DNA of 63,062 nucleotides, the filler included. It is 15 parts of 15 records of this genome, joined end to end, with 100 filler letters (N's around TTAATTAATTAA, not from the genome) between each part and the next. Parts side by side here need not be neighbours in the genome. Positions count along the whole stretch, not along the records: positions 41,922 to 47,803 come from SRR9670534_1053; positions 47,904 to 52,522 come from SRR9670534_1055; positions 52,623 to 56,417 come from SRR9670534_1058; positions 56,518 to 60,441 come from SRR9670534_1059; positions 60,542 to 63,062 come from SRR9670534_1083; 10 more parts are not named here. The stretch is one strand, 5' to 3'. Positions within the stretch are counted from its first letter, which is position 1. Each line of letters begins with the position of its first letter. Shown piece by piece: positions 46,816 through 60,976 of the stretch. Position numbers and translations under genes: made by a program. The notes below the pieces were generated by a model. The model did not search any database, was not told the origin of the DNA, and worked only from the letters and a program-made list of their open reading frames with translations.

Positions 46816-49800
46816 GATTTCACAATACAACATACCTACTTAAATTACTGGGTAAAGTACACATATAAGATAAGTAAGTAAAGTACATACGTGTCTATAT
46901 TTGTTGTACAAGTACATATGCATATAGTGATAATATACTGGTATCATTGTGTTAGAGTAAATTTTTCGTCATACTTTGTGTAATGAAGGCGCTTAAAAGT
47001 GCAATTAACCTAATTAAATTTAATCTAGCATTTAGAAGGGGATAAAAAACCAAATAGACTACCTATGACTCTAGGTGATTACAGGGTATGTGAATAAATT
47101 TAATAAGATTCAAATTGAAAGATTTATGTTAAATCCCTTAATGTGGCTGAAAAACTACAAAAAGATGGTAGTACCAGCGAGTAGAATTTCTGAAAACAGA
47201 AGTCAGCGGCTACCTACTGTGTACCTACTGTGATAACATGTGTACAGGAAACGGCTGTCGTGTTATCAGTAATAATGTACTTTACAACCTGTGTTTATGT
47301 TTATGATCCTTATCTATTGCTTTAGGCAGGTAATGGTGGCCTTAAATAAGGTCATAACTCTTTATTCCTAGCTAATGTGACACTTATTAGACTTGATGGT
47401 GCTAATCCTACCTATACCAATCAAAGCCCCTCATCATATGTAATTGCAGGACATCTATTTGGGTTATGGGTGAATAAAACTAGCACATAGCTTACCCTAT
47501 TACTTAACATACAGGTTACTAATGAGTGCCTATTGTTCAGTTACTAAGGCAACTCCAGAGCGAACAATAGAATTTATGATAATGCTGACTTCAACCATCT
47601 TGAGGTTTACTCGCTGTAGTTGTCAAGTTGTCTTTACAAAAACATCCATAATCCTAATGCATATGAAGGCTACGTAGTTAGAAAAAATGGGTAAAATCCT
47701 TGAAATTACACCAAACCCAGTCAATTACCTTTACTGAATAACAAAGAATAAAGTATTGTAGGGTGAATTCACTAATGCAGATTAATATTTGAAGTACACA
47801 GCGNNNNNNNNNNNNNNNNNNNNNNNNNNNNNNNNNNNNNNNNNNNNTTAATTAATTAANNNNNNNNNNNNNNNNNNNNNNNNNNNNNNNNNNNNNNNNN
47901 NNNTCTACTCACTACTCTAGGTGAATAAGGGAGTCCAACCCTACGACAGTTAAAGATAATGATATTTTACTGTAATTGGTACAAATAATAATATTGTACT
48001 GTAATTACTTATATATTATCCAATGGGTTGTATGCATTTTGAAAAATATTAGAATTTTAAAAGGAAAAGTTTTTGTCTTATGATAATAATTAATTGTTTA
48101 GACCTTTGGAGGCTTCCTGTAGATGAAGCTAAGAAGACAATAAGCATCAGGCATAAAACTCGTAAGAGGGCGGCTTTACATACTACTTGGCAAGATCGCA
48201 AAAGTATAATGGATCAATTGTGAAAGTTCAGTAACCGCCAGTAGTTAACTCATTTCATCATTTTTTTAGTTTACTGCTATTAATTTTTATATGCTACTAC
48301 TAAATCTTATACCTGAGCCGAAATGCAACCGATCTATTATGATTGAATGGAACCAATATTAAAATATAATTCTTAAAGCTATTTTAAAAGTTTTTGAAAT
48401 TTTAATTGAAGTTAAATTTACTGCAGTTTAAGGCCTATCATGTTTTATATATATTATAAAAGAATATGTTTCATATTCTTGTGTCAGACTAGTTGTCTGA
48501 CAGTTTTTTCATTAATTAAAGCATAATAAGAAAGCTTATATTTTGTTCATCCGCTTTTTGGTGGTTGGCTAGATACCTTACAATGAATTATTCATTTTCA
48601 TTCCAACTAAATTTTGATTCTTGAAAATTTGCCAGTGGTTTAGCAAGTAATTTTTGATTTAAAGGGTTTTGCAGCTACTGCCATCTTTTTGCGACTGTTT
48701 GTTGCTCCTACATTTATTATTGTATCAATATTATTGCATTTATATCAATTTCATTATTATACAATAGTAACCACTAACCTGCAGTGGTTTTTACTACACT
48801 GAAAAAATATAAAATGAAATAGAATAAGAAATATGAATTGTTTCCAAATAAGTATTTCTTATTTTAATTTGTTAAATATTATTATTAGTAACTATCATTA
48901 TTGTTATAATGATAGTGACTTGTTAATAATAATACAATTGTAGTTTATAGTAATAGCTAAGCTAAGCTTGTATAGTTCATTAATAAATAAAGAAATGAAA
49001 CTCTAATAACATAATATGCATTGTTTCAAGTAAGGTTTATTATGTCCAATGAATTTCATGATTTTGCTGCGCTTTATCGATATTTTATTATTGATATATG
49101 TTATCATGCAATTCTTGCATGGTATTCATTGCCATTAATAATAATAACAATAATTTGAGATGACTTTTGGGATATGGTGATGGAAAAGAAAGAATTGCAA
49201 TTATATGTTGGGCTAATAATTTATGGTTTCTGGAAGAAACTTTCTTCTGTGAGAAAGAAAAGTCTAATTGGAATAAACCTTTCAATGATTGAAATTCAAT
49301 ACAATTTTTATACTATATGCTACAAAATAATATCATAGGAAAATGCATAGCAATGCAGGTATTATTAAGTACCCAATGCATTCATCAGGTGATTTTTAAA
49401 ATTATTACAATATTGACACCATTGTAGCAAAAGGTGAAACTCATTGCTATTCAGATGAAGGCAACAGTAATCCATCTTTCTATACCAATACATAACTGTT
49501 CAAACAGTTGAAATGTTTGCCTTATTATACTACATTGCTTTCAGTTATCTTGGCTTCTTCTACCTGCACAGTGCCACTGTCTGTAACAGTGGGCATGTGC
49601 ATTAATAACCACTTTATAATTCATGAGATATGACATATTTCCCTAAACCTTTTAATCAAATCCTCTTGGGTGTTGAATGAATAATAAGCATTATTAATAA
49701 TAATATGGTTGACCCCTGCTTATCTCACTGGTTGGGGGTATGAGCAATGAGTGCCCTATCCCGATAATAACATGCCATATAGTAAATTAACTTCATTCTG

Positions 49801-50842
49801 ATTCTAATAATTCTTATGAAAGGACTTGAAAAATAAGGTGTGGGAATAGCTGATTATAAAAACCCTTCTTGTTGCATGGCAAGTTAGAGAAAGAAATTGG
49901 TGCTGCTTGTCATCTACCTAACAAGAGCATCCAGCACTCTTTCTTTACTTCTTTTGCTGAAAACTAATCAATAAAGTGTTTGAGAGACAGCAACAATTTT
50001 ATTGCTTTCCAATATATGGGGATAGACGATAATATTATAGAATACCCCACCCAATTATGTATAGTCCAAACAATAAATAATGTACTTTAGTAATCCCTTA
50101 ATAAGTAAAGCATCCAATTATGTTACTGGTTCAAGCAAACGCTTATAGTAATAACAAAACGAAAAATCTCCTCTTGAAGCTATCTGATCCATATATAATT
50201 ACATACCTTGATCAGGTAGCCTAATTTTATGCTGACAGCTGAACGGGCAAATCCTATTGTATACTACAGTATAATAAAGGCAGCAGAAGCAAGCAGTAGC
50301 ACCAGCTCTTGTCATTCATCCAATGGTTGATTTGTAATTAATTTTTGATTGATCGGTGCTTAATAATAATTTTACCTGACCAATCTGCAGCAGTATTTCA
50401 TATCAGCTTTCACCAGATGCTTACCTAGTATTACCATAACAGCTGAATTATTAATGAGTATTGCCAATAATAATAGTCATATTCCTATTGTTATTAATAA
50501 TAACAACTTTGTTGAACAACAAAGAATGAATTTTATTAATAAAGCTACCAAGGATTTCATTCCTGTTGGTACCCCAACAAGAGAGAAGGAATATCTTAAC
50601 AGGTATGTTGTACTTTATTGGATATGGTTTCCAATAAAAAATACCTTTATTCATTTATTGGTATCATAAAATCCAAACTTGACAGCTACCTTGGTTGTTT
50701 TGTGTTTCAGTAGAAATTGCAGGTACTTTGTCCACCTGCTGTCATATTATAATAGTCATAGCATGAGAATTGTCCTTTTTATTAATAGCAAATTACTTTT
50801 AAAAATTTTAGAAGTTATACTACTGAAGCTATTTATAACTTC

Positions 50843-51253
50843 ATGGCAAGCTCTGGAATGTTTAAGTACATCTATAGAAGTGAAGTGTCAAAAGAGGTGG
50901 AATTTCAGCAAGAAGTAAATGAAATGCGATTTAAAGAGGAAGTCCAGCTGTTTCCTGGGTTTAAAGTGAAGGATTATAATTCCAAGTTAATGAAGTATAG
51001 GCATGAAAAAAATGGCATACCAGCTTCATTTAATCCAACTGAATGGATTATAGAGTGTTTACGTCTTCAAGGTAGTTTGAAGGAGAAGAGTTTTACCAGT
51101 ACTGTGGTTATTTATCCAAAGGAACCAAGAACCCAATATAGCCATCAAATGACACATTTCATTAACGGTGAACACCCTTTTGAAATAAAGTCATTATCAG
51201 CAGAGAAAATGATACTTCCAGTATCTAATATGATTATACATGCTGAGGAATAG
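50843..51253 (+). CDS. Hypothetical intronless 136-aa protein
   Basis: ATG in good context (TCATGG), globular-looking composition and higher GC than flanks; no recognisable motif. Confidence 0.4.
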   Translation: MASSGMFKYIYRSEVSKEVEFQQEVNEMRFKEEVQLFPGFKVKDYNSKLMKYRHEKNGIPASFNPTEWIIECLRLQGSLKEKSFTSTVVIYPKEPRTQYSHQMTHFINGEHPFEIKSLSAEKMILPVSNMIIHAEE

Positions 51254-53579
51254 TGCAATATTACATCTATGTAGGGAATAAGAATTTCAAATAGGAACTG
51301 TGAATTATTATTAATAAGCATAAGCTTTTCTGATAATCTTGATAGACAACAATTAATAATTACATGTAATAATATGCATATTAGCACTGTCATTATATTT
51401 ACAAGATTATTATTATTATTATAGTAATAATAATGCAATAATATTTTTATAGTGGCAATTGGGACAACATGGTTACTGAAGTAATTTGAAATTAATTAGC
51501 AATGCATGTACAAATAAATGTAACTAGTGATTCAGTTTATCAAGTTATTTAATAAATAGTAAAAGGGACAGTATTTAGTAAATAAAATGGTTAAATGCTA
51601 TCAATAGTAATAATTCATAATCATTACATTAATAATGTACTCATTACATGAGATGATGTTATCATCATAGTAGGTTTATAGCATACATGTATATGCTACA
51701 TATGTACGTTACACTAAATAATCATAATAGTATTAAATTAATAATATATTATTACTTTATTAAATTATAATAAATTTGCAATATTATTACTTTGAAATTG
51801 TTAGAATGTTTGATGTATGCACAAAACTATGATAATTATCTACTTTTAAATCTACTTTGAAACTATTTCATTATTATTATAATAAATTATTAATAAGGTA
51901 TTGTGTCATTATCATTATTATGAATAATAAAAATGCCAGACATAGGCAACTATTTTATTGTTTTGCTACTGATGATTTGCAATTGCAGAAACATTTATGA
52001 TAAAGGTACACCCACTAATTCTCAGTGACTAAGGCCAACAAACTGTTGGCCAAGAGTTTCAAATTTCTATCTAATCATGTTTGCATTGTCCTCATTACCT
52101 GCCTTGCTTTGGTAAGGTAAACGATTTGTGCTGCCAGCGAGATCGAAACGTACTGCTTCTTCTTATTATTCATAAGACTTTGAGCTACCTATTATGAAGA
52201 GTTCTTGCGTGCCTTGGTTATTATTTTAATTAATTCCTGCTAACAATAGTATGCATAATAAGTAAGGCTTCTGTTTCTGCCACGCCAACTTATTATTCGA
52301 TGATAGGTAAAACTGTTCCTGAAGTATGTACATCCATGATTGAGTACCATTATAATGAATGAGTGTGGTTGACATACACATTCCAAATATACTGCAATAT
52401 TATACTGATAATTATTATTATTATAGTATTGATAATTATTACACATCATTAAAATCTGCATCATAACCTTTATAATTATAATTATGTATACATTTTATTG
52501 CGGTAATCACGAACACATCATGNNNNNNNNNNNNNNNNNNNNNNNNNNNNNNNNNNNNNNNNNNNNTTAATTAATTAANNNNNNNNNNNNNNNNNNNNNN
52601 NNNNNNNNNNNNNNNNNNNNNNAGAATCTCTAGACGGAATTGGGAAATTAGTAATAACCATAACATCGGCAAAGCTTACTTGCACGTTAATAAACAAAAT
52701 GCAGCAAGCACTTCTGGCATAAATTATTCAAACAAAAAAGCTTTAAAAAGGCACAATAGCATTCTCAATACAGTAATTAAGTGAAAAAATAAATTAGACT
52801 AAGTTGTTATTATTATTAATAAAGAAAATGCATACTAATGCATTCGCTCAATAAATAAAATGGACACGATTTGTACACTGTACAAGATCATAGGGCGCGT
52901 TCCTTGTAATTACACATCCTTCCTAATTCCTTTTCATACGAATCCTTTATATCGTACAATATACGAATTCGCTATAGCTTCTACAGTACAGCGTATTTAC
53001 AAGAAAGTTATACCCATTTGCATACGACGATATTACAGTACACAAGGTACATTAGCAAGTCAAAAGTGAAAACTCAATTCGTTAAAACAAAACGCTCCCT
53101 GCAAAGTTAAAAAACGAAACATACAAAATAGCGCGGAAGGGTAGACGGACATTTCAAAATGGCAACACACAAAATGCTGCAAGACATATTATTAATATTG
53201 TAATACCTGCGGCTGATAGATCACAGGACAGTTTCCTACGTTCTGCAGATGGTGATCCTGGTGATCCTGTTTGCACAAGTAATAATGTTTAGAAATGTAT
53301 TTATTACAGTGTTCACAAGAGATAATAATCATATTTTCAAAAGTATGAAGACACTGATCACTAATGTGTATCATAACATATGCAATATTAAGACGTATAT
53401 TTTACGTAGCCCCCACGATGATACATTATTTATTATTATAAGTATACGGCATATTGAATTAGCATACCACCAAACAGAATTATCATGCTCAAGTCCCGTC
53501 GTTAATAATAATGTTATAATCTTATATGATACATAAATTTATAGGTTAATGTATTTTATAATGATAATAAGATGCATAC

Positions 53580-56210
53580 TCTTCGTGCACTTGAACCTGC
53601 GGAATGGACACTACTTGATGGACTATGGCTTCTGGTACTTGGACTCTGACTTCGACGCTAATATTGTACAAATATTTTTTATGATTCACAAATATTATGT
53701 ACTTTATTTGAGCGTTTGTACCTTTCAATTTTATCAAATACTTTTAGTTTTCTTAAAAAATTTCAACTTTTTTAATTAAACATAAAATACAATGAATTTA
53801 TTTAACAATTTAGCTGTACAAAACATTAAAGTGTTCGAACAAACCTGTGCAACAGCCTTATTGCAACCCAAATGCCAAATGGCATCACCTTGCAAATACA
53901 TATCTTCCCCTTCACCAAAGGGCTGCTTGCATTCACTACACACTGCACACTGAGGATGATAGTAAGCTGTTCCTGCTTTAAGAGCTTTAGCTTTTTGACC
54001 TTCAATTTTAAGATTGCAACCGTTACAGATAATAGCTCCCATTCTTTCATCCATTTTGGTGTTCAGAGGCGGTTGATTAGTTGGCATTTTTACTGGAGAC
54101 TGAAAAACTTCATCATTGTATGCTTCTTTTGGTCGTATGCGTTCTTCGTCAATTGCGGGAGGGTGATTTTCAGCAGCTGAACCATCTTGCGTGGCAGATT
54201 TCCGTTGATCCTGTTGCGCTCTGGACGCTTTAACTTCTTCGTGGCATCTTCGGCAAATGAAGGATTTACCCGTTGTCAAAACCTTCTCTCCAGCTTGTAA
54301 CTGGCGCCTAACAAACGAATACGCATGCGCTGCATCATACAGAAGTATATTCTATTCAATAGAATCTATTGTAATATAGAAGTATGAAAACAAAGAACGC
54401 TAAGTTTGTTAATTGGTTTCAGAAAGCAGCTAAATCAGACCAAATTTTACGTGAGCAACCCTTCAACCTTGCATTTTGGCTCTAATGTTAACCTAGCAAC
54501 CCAACGATGTATTTTAATACAGTAATTATTGTTATTATAATTATTGTTTTTAAAAACAGCCTAACAACTCCCTATTGATGGTATACCAAATCTGGTGTAA
54601 TTTTACGTTCTACAACTTCCAGAGAACCTTAAGAATTTCTTTTTACATTAATAATAAATACACTACTAGATTGGTACTAAACAATCATGATTAGTTCTTT
54701 CCAAGAAATCAAATCTAAGTCCTTTGACCCTTATAATAACCTAATACAAGTTCTCTATGATACCAAAGGAATTTTTACCTAGACATTTCTAAATATTTAT
54801 GGAAATTGGTGCTGTGCCAAACAGCCTGTGGGTAAACAATGTGGTATGTACTTTTGCGTATAATAGAATATAGATAAAAGTGGAATTGATGGGAAATGGG
54901 CGTTTGTTGATATAGGTACATGTTTGCTCACAACTTGGCCTGATTTAACTTGGTTCTGAAAATTTATGTTTCCAAATACCGTAAACGCACGAATCGGGAA
55001 TCGGGCGGCCTGATACATTTTACGTCATATACTGCGTACGGTAAACAACACAAAGCGGATTAAATAACATGCTCAGGTATTGAAACAATTTCAATAAAAA
55101 AAATATGTAGATCTTAATTATGTATTATTAATGATTAATAATTATGTACTAATTATGGTACATTTACTGCAGTACCATGGCATAACAAACTGTAATGAGA
55201 CACTTCTTTAGTGACAACTGCTTACTTACCTACAATGATCACAGGCAAAACATTGCGGGTGATAAGATCGTTTCAAAGCAGTTAATACTTCACCTTCGAC
55301 ATATTTTCCACATGCTGCACATTTCGTTCCAAAATTTTGCTGATAATCTTCGGAACAGTATAGTAGCCCATTTTGTATAATATATCCGATTGTCTCCAAA
55401 TTACGTTTGCATACTAAAAAATATTTGTGAATCGCAACTCTTTTTAAAACAAACTTGAATTACGTACTTCTAATAAACCAACAGGATTTCTCATTGCATA
55501 TTATGTACTACATAATATGTAGAAGCCTACTATGTACTACAAGGAGTAATGATAATGATATCTATTCGTAGGACCTAGATGTTTTATTGGCAATACCATA
55601 GGCTAAATTAGCCTGGCTAATAGCCAATATTTCATGATTACCACGTTATTAAATTTAACATGTATCAAGATAATGGCGCATATACTGATCAATTTGTTAC
55701 CATTTTTATCATTATTATTATTAATAACATGTACCATTCAATGTACAGTAATTCCATTTACACATGGATGCAATTAGGTACATTCTTAATCCAACTGGAT
55801 ATCAGTATTATGATAATATAATACCTATGTACTATGTACTATGTATATCATTTTAAAAATTAATTACATAGCCAATATTTACATTATTCACATAACGATT
55901 CTGTGTAAGCCTTATCGCGGTACCAATTAAAATCTGCCCATCGCTGTACAAATCAACAATACCCTCAAGCAATTGGAATCATTAGCTCCATCTATTTTTA
56001 AAAACCAGTTCGCAACATACAGGTAACTTACATGTTCCGTATTATGTATATGTTTGTATTCTGTATTAAAGTATTAGCACTAAAATACTCTAAAATAGTA
56101 TTCCTTGGGCATACTTGTGCAAAAGAAGCATTCTCTGTGATAAAGAAGTTCACCCACTTTCAGAACTGAACCTTTTACACCTTTCTTGCAATTATTGCAC
56201 TTGTGTTTGG
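53580..56210 (-). CDS. ABLIM: Actin-binding LIM protein (abLIM/UNC-115 family), internal exons
   Basis: Exons 56210-56115, 55413-55230, 54307-53845, 53657-53580. Motifs YCSEDYQQNFGTKCAACGKYVEGEV..AL..SYHPQCF and YHPQCAVCSECKQPFGEGEDMYLQGDAIWH. A probable further exon near 53266-53207. Confidence 0.88.
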
Positions 56211-56517
56211 CTAAAAAACAAATTGATGGAATACATTTTAAATGTTTGAATCTAACAAAATAGAATAACAATCATTTTCACATCCAATTATCAATAAAAA
56301 AATGCAATTAAGAAAACCTTGCAATAACTAATGTACAAACAAGAGCATATTTTATACTGCAAAAATCGATAACGCCAGTGCTTTACATGTGTAGATATTT
56401 ACAAACAATTATATGGANNNNNNNNNNNNNNNNNNNNNNNNNNNNNNNNNNNNNNNNNNNNTTAATTAATTAANNNNNNNNNNNNNNNNNNNNNNNNNNN
56501 NNNNNNNNNNNNNNNNN

Positions 56518-59500
56518 CTCATTTGGCCAGATTAGCCAATGTTTTCAGAGCTTTGAGAAAAGCAAATTTGAAATTGCAACCAAATAAATGTGACTTCATA
56601 AAAACTTCTGTACCATTTCTTGGCCATATAGTCAGTGATGAGGGCTTGGCAGTAGCTAATGAGAAAGTAAAAATTATTCTTGATTGGCCATTTCCTGAAA
56701 GTGAAAAGGAATTTCAAAGTTTTCTAGGACTTATTAATTATTATAGAAGGTTCATACCACAATGTTCAGGGCTCACAGCACCAATGAGAGAATTGATGAA
56801 ACTGGGTCCACCATATAACCAGAAAAAGGCATTTCTGCAAGCAAAACATAACTTTGAGTTATTGAAGGAACTATTGACAACAGCACCTGTACTTACTCTC
56901 CCAGATTGGAATAAGCCATTTATTCTTCATTGTGATGCATCAACAGTTGGTTTTGGCTTTGTTTTATCTCAATTGGAGGAAGGTGAAAGAAGAGAGAAAC
57001 CAATTTTCTATGGCTCAAAAGCTTTGGATCCAAGTCAAAAGGGATACCAAGTAGTGGAGCTAGAAATGTATGCAATTTATTATGGGTGTAAATTTTTTAG
57101 GCATTACCTTCTCTATCAACCCTTTATCATATTCACTGACCATAAATCTTTGACATATCTTCAGACAATGGGTGTGGAAAATTTCAGGATTTCTAAGTGG
57201 TTACTTTATCTTCAGCAATTTTCATTTGTTATCATGTACAAAAAAGGGCCACTTAATGTAGTAGCAGATGTGCTTTCTAGACTTCCAAAAAAGCATCCAC
57301 AAGCTGGTACTTGTATTGCAAATCATGCCATAAGGAAAGAGGACTTTGAACAGCAGGCACAACAGGTATCTAGTAAATTTAATATTAAAATTAAATCTCC
57401 AGAATTTTTTGAAATTTTTTACCACCCCATAAAATTGGTAGGACCATCTGATGATTTTGAGGAAAAATGGAGGCAATTGGTTAATGAGTGTGGGCTCCAA
57501 GATCACAGCTTTGGTGAACAAATTAAAATTAATAATTCACTTTCAAGTAAGTCACCAAAAGCTGCATTATTGGGGCTCTGCTCAGGAACATGCAATAATA
57601 ATAATAATAGGTCTTTTGTGGAAATTCCACAAATCAATTTTTCTTCAAAAATGGATACCATAAGGCAATATGAGAATGTCTCCACTCATGTTGCTTATTG
57701 TGAGGACTCTTATAAGCCACAGCTGACTAGAAATGCATCCTTTACAATGCACAACCAGAGAGACACATTCACAAATGAATCTTTGAAAAAATTGACCCAG
57801 CAAAATTCATCACAGAATAAGGTGAAAAATGAATCTTCAGCATACATAGGGAATAGGGCAAGTGAGCAGCATGCCACTGGCACTAGAAACCAAAAGAATC
57901 GCGAAATTGCTTCAAATAAATCTGGTAATAGTGCCAGGGGAGGTTGTTCATTGCCAGAAAATGCATCCCAAAAACACAATCCAATAACCATGATGAATAG
58001 GGCAAATGTGCAACAGACTAACGTCCCAAATAGGCAGATTAATAATCACAAAATTAATTCAAATACATCTGCCAATAGGAACGTAAGTTGTTGCTCATTG
58101 CCAGACAATAATGATGGTGGAATTTCTTCTAATTCTCTAGCCAATTTTGATCTAAAACAAGGAAGCAAAAACGTTATTATTAATAATAATACTACAAGTA
58201 TGCAAAACGCTATTATTAATAATAAAAATAATAGAAGTACGCAAAACGCTATTATTAATAATAATAATAGTAGAAATACCAATTACGAAGCTACTTGTAA
58301 TAAAGTACCTAGTACTTGTGATGATATAGTACCTACTATTGATGATATAGTAAATAATAGTATTAATAATTTAATACTAAGTACTGATGATATAGTATTA
58401 TTACAGAATATGCTACATACAAGTACTTCTACTAGAAAAACTAGCATAAGTTTGAATGCTAGTAGTACTTCAATTAAAGCCCAAGAAAATGAAGGACAAA
58501 AAGGCACAGGAGCACAGATTAATAATGCCTTTATACCAGTTGGGATTTACCCTACACAAAGCATGCAAAATGCTATCACTAATTATTGGAAGGAAGAGCA
58601 AGAGAAGGACTCTCAATTACTTGAAATAATACTCAGATTTAATAACCCCCTCTACACAGTGAAGAGAGGCCTAATACTTAGGTTGAAATCTAATGAACTA
58701 TTGAAATTGCATAATAATGATTGGACTGAAGTGATGCCATATTTAAGGTTACACAATGGCATTCTTTATTACCATAAAATACTTACTGCAGAAATATCAC
58801 CAATGAGACTGGTAATTCCTGCACATCTGGAATTAATGATTGTGAAGAGGTTACATGAAGGTGAATGGAATGCTCATCTTGGTTTGGCTAAAACCCTGCA
58901 GAAAATAAGGGACAGGGTGGCATTTCCAAAATTAAATAAGAAAGTCAGAGATTATGTACACAGCTGTTTAATATGCAACAGAGTGAAGGATAAAACCATT
59001 AGGGATAGACCATTTATTCAACCAATTATCAGTAATTATCCCATGGAAATGATTTCGTTGGACATAATTGGCCCCACGCCAGTGTCAAGAGCTCAGAATA
59101 AATATATTCTGACCATTATAGATTACTTCACCAAGTATGCAATGGCTTATCCACTTAGAAATGCAGAAGCTGAAACGGTGGTCAATAGACTTTCTAATTA
59201 CTGTATGACTTTTGGTTTTCCACGGACACTAATGAGTGATCAAGGACGAAACTTTATGAGCAATATTTTTCGCAAGTACTGTGATAAGTTTGGCATAGAA
59301 CAAAGACGAAGCTCTCCTTATCACCCACAAGCAAATGGGTTGTGTGAGAGAATGAACAAAACATTGGTACAAATGTTGAGGGCTGTTTGCTTAGAAGGTG
59401 GTAAGGTCAGTGAATGGGATTTGCTACTACCAAAAGTAGTTTTTGCATATAACACCAGTCGTCATGGTACATTACAATATAGCCCATATGAAATGATGTT

Positions 59501-60335
59501 TGCTCGGAAGCCGCTTCTACCAGTTGATTTGGTACTACCAGAAGTTCATCAATTAATGATGAACCCTAGGGATTATGTGGACGAAGCCCATCGCAGGCTG
59601 AGTGAAATTATGAAGAGGACTTCATTATTGGCAGAAAAAAATGCAATTAGGATGAGAGAAGCTGCCAATGATGGCAGGAGTCCTAAGTACTACCCAATCG
59701 GGAGCCAGATCTTGGTGAAGAAGCTACCAAAACAGAATAAGTTTGATCCATTATATGATGGACCGTTTATAGTGCATAAGGATAATGGTAATACTGTTAG
59801 TTATTACTGTGGTAAAAATGCTAATGATGAAGATATTATCCGCACTATAAATAAAGAATACGTGAAACCTGTAAAAACAGTGGCTTTTGGTGAACCATCA
59901 ATGGTAGTGTATCCAAATGGGGATATACTACAAGTTCCTGATGAGGAAGATTTGACCATGGATGGTCAACTGGATGAAGACTGGGTACTAGTAAATTCTT
60001 ACCCACCACCTACAGGTAATTTTATTGACCCAGTAATGATACCTGGACAAATACCTGAAATTCCCAGTATAGTGCCCCCAGGTACACCACCTGCAGTACC
60101 TGGCACTTCAACACCACCTCCAGTACCTAATGACACAACACCAGCAATGGTAATCCGTCCAGAAGTAATCACCACAACCTTTTATGAACAAAATGAAGAC
60201 ATGGGTTCAACAGGAGAGGCTGTGGTACAACAACCACAGACCTTGGACACACCCACCAGAACTGCAGAAGCACCTAGATTTACATTTAGCGGACGTGAAG
60301 TTCGTGAACCTGTCCGCTATGGGTTTGAAAAATAA
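56518..60335 (+). mobile_element. Ty3/Gypsy LTR retrotransposon pol, 5'-truncated (RT C-terminus, RNase H, insert, integrase), frame intact
   Basis: FLGHIVS, FLGLINYYRRFI, CDAS..GFG.VL.Q, ELEMYAI, FTDHKSL, VADVLSR; integrase H-H-C-C, LDIIGP, SDQGRNF, YHPQANGLCER, GPF motif. The RT-RH-IN order is Gypsy-type. Confidence 0.97.
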
Positions 60336-60976
60336 TAAAAAACGCGTAAGTATTAATAATAAGTGATTACTATTAATAATAATGAGATTTATTAATAGTA
60401 GTACCAACGTAATTGTTTAATAATAATAATAATAATAATAANNNNNNNNNNNNNNNNNNNNNNNNNNNNNNNNNNNNNNNNNNNNTTAATTAATTAANNN
60501 NNNNNNNNNNNNNNNNNNNNNNNNNNNNNNNNNNNNNNNNNAAGTTTATTTGCTAATATGACATAACTTTAAATTACTCAGAAAGTATAATTATTAAAAT
60601 TGTTTATTATTAAAGAAGTAATTTAAATATCATATAAATATGGTTAAAATGTCATTTAAAATCAAATTAACTTAGTTTATTAATAATATTACTAGTAATA
60701 AAGTAGTATAAATGGTATTTACTATTATTATAATAATAATATTAACTTTTTTTTATTTAATCTAGAATAATCTTAAGTTATGCTAAGTTTAATTAAATTT
60801 CAAATTTAAAGTTTAGTAACTTCAAATTGAAGTCTTCAATAGCCTTTCTAAAAAGTTTATTTATTAAAATAGAATACTTTATCTAATTGGATCCTCATGT
60901 CAAAAACAGAACATTTTTTTCAAAGAAAAAACAAGTGTTTTTGACATCAACATATTTACACTAATAAGCAACATAC

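Noticed and set aside
57222-58507. Antisense and alternate-frame ORFs over the Gypsy pol (likewise over DDB1, PPP5C, integrin and EFCAB6 exons)
   Set aside because: Shadow ORFs of the real coding strand with no motifs.
6926-60541. Regularly recurring TTAATTAATTAA between N runs as a biological repeat or array
   Set aside because: Identical 100-nt construct with six-frame stops; a concatenation artefact. Gene neighbourhoods across spacers (for example DDB1 next to BRSK) are meaningless.
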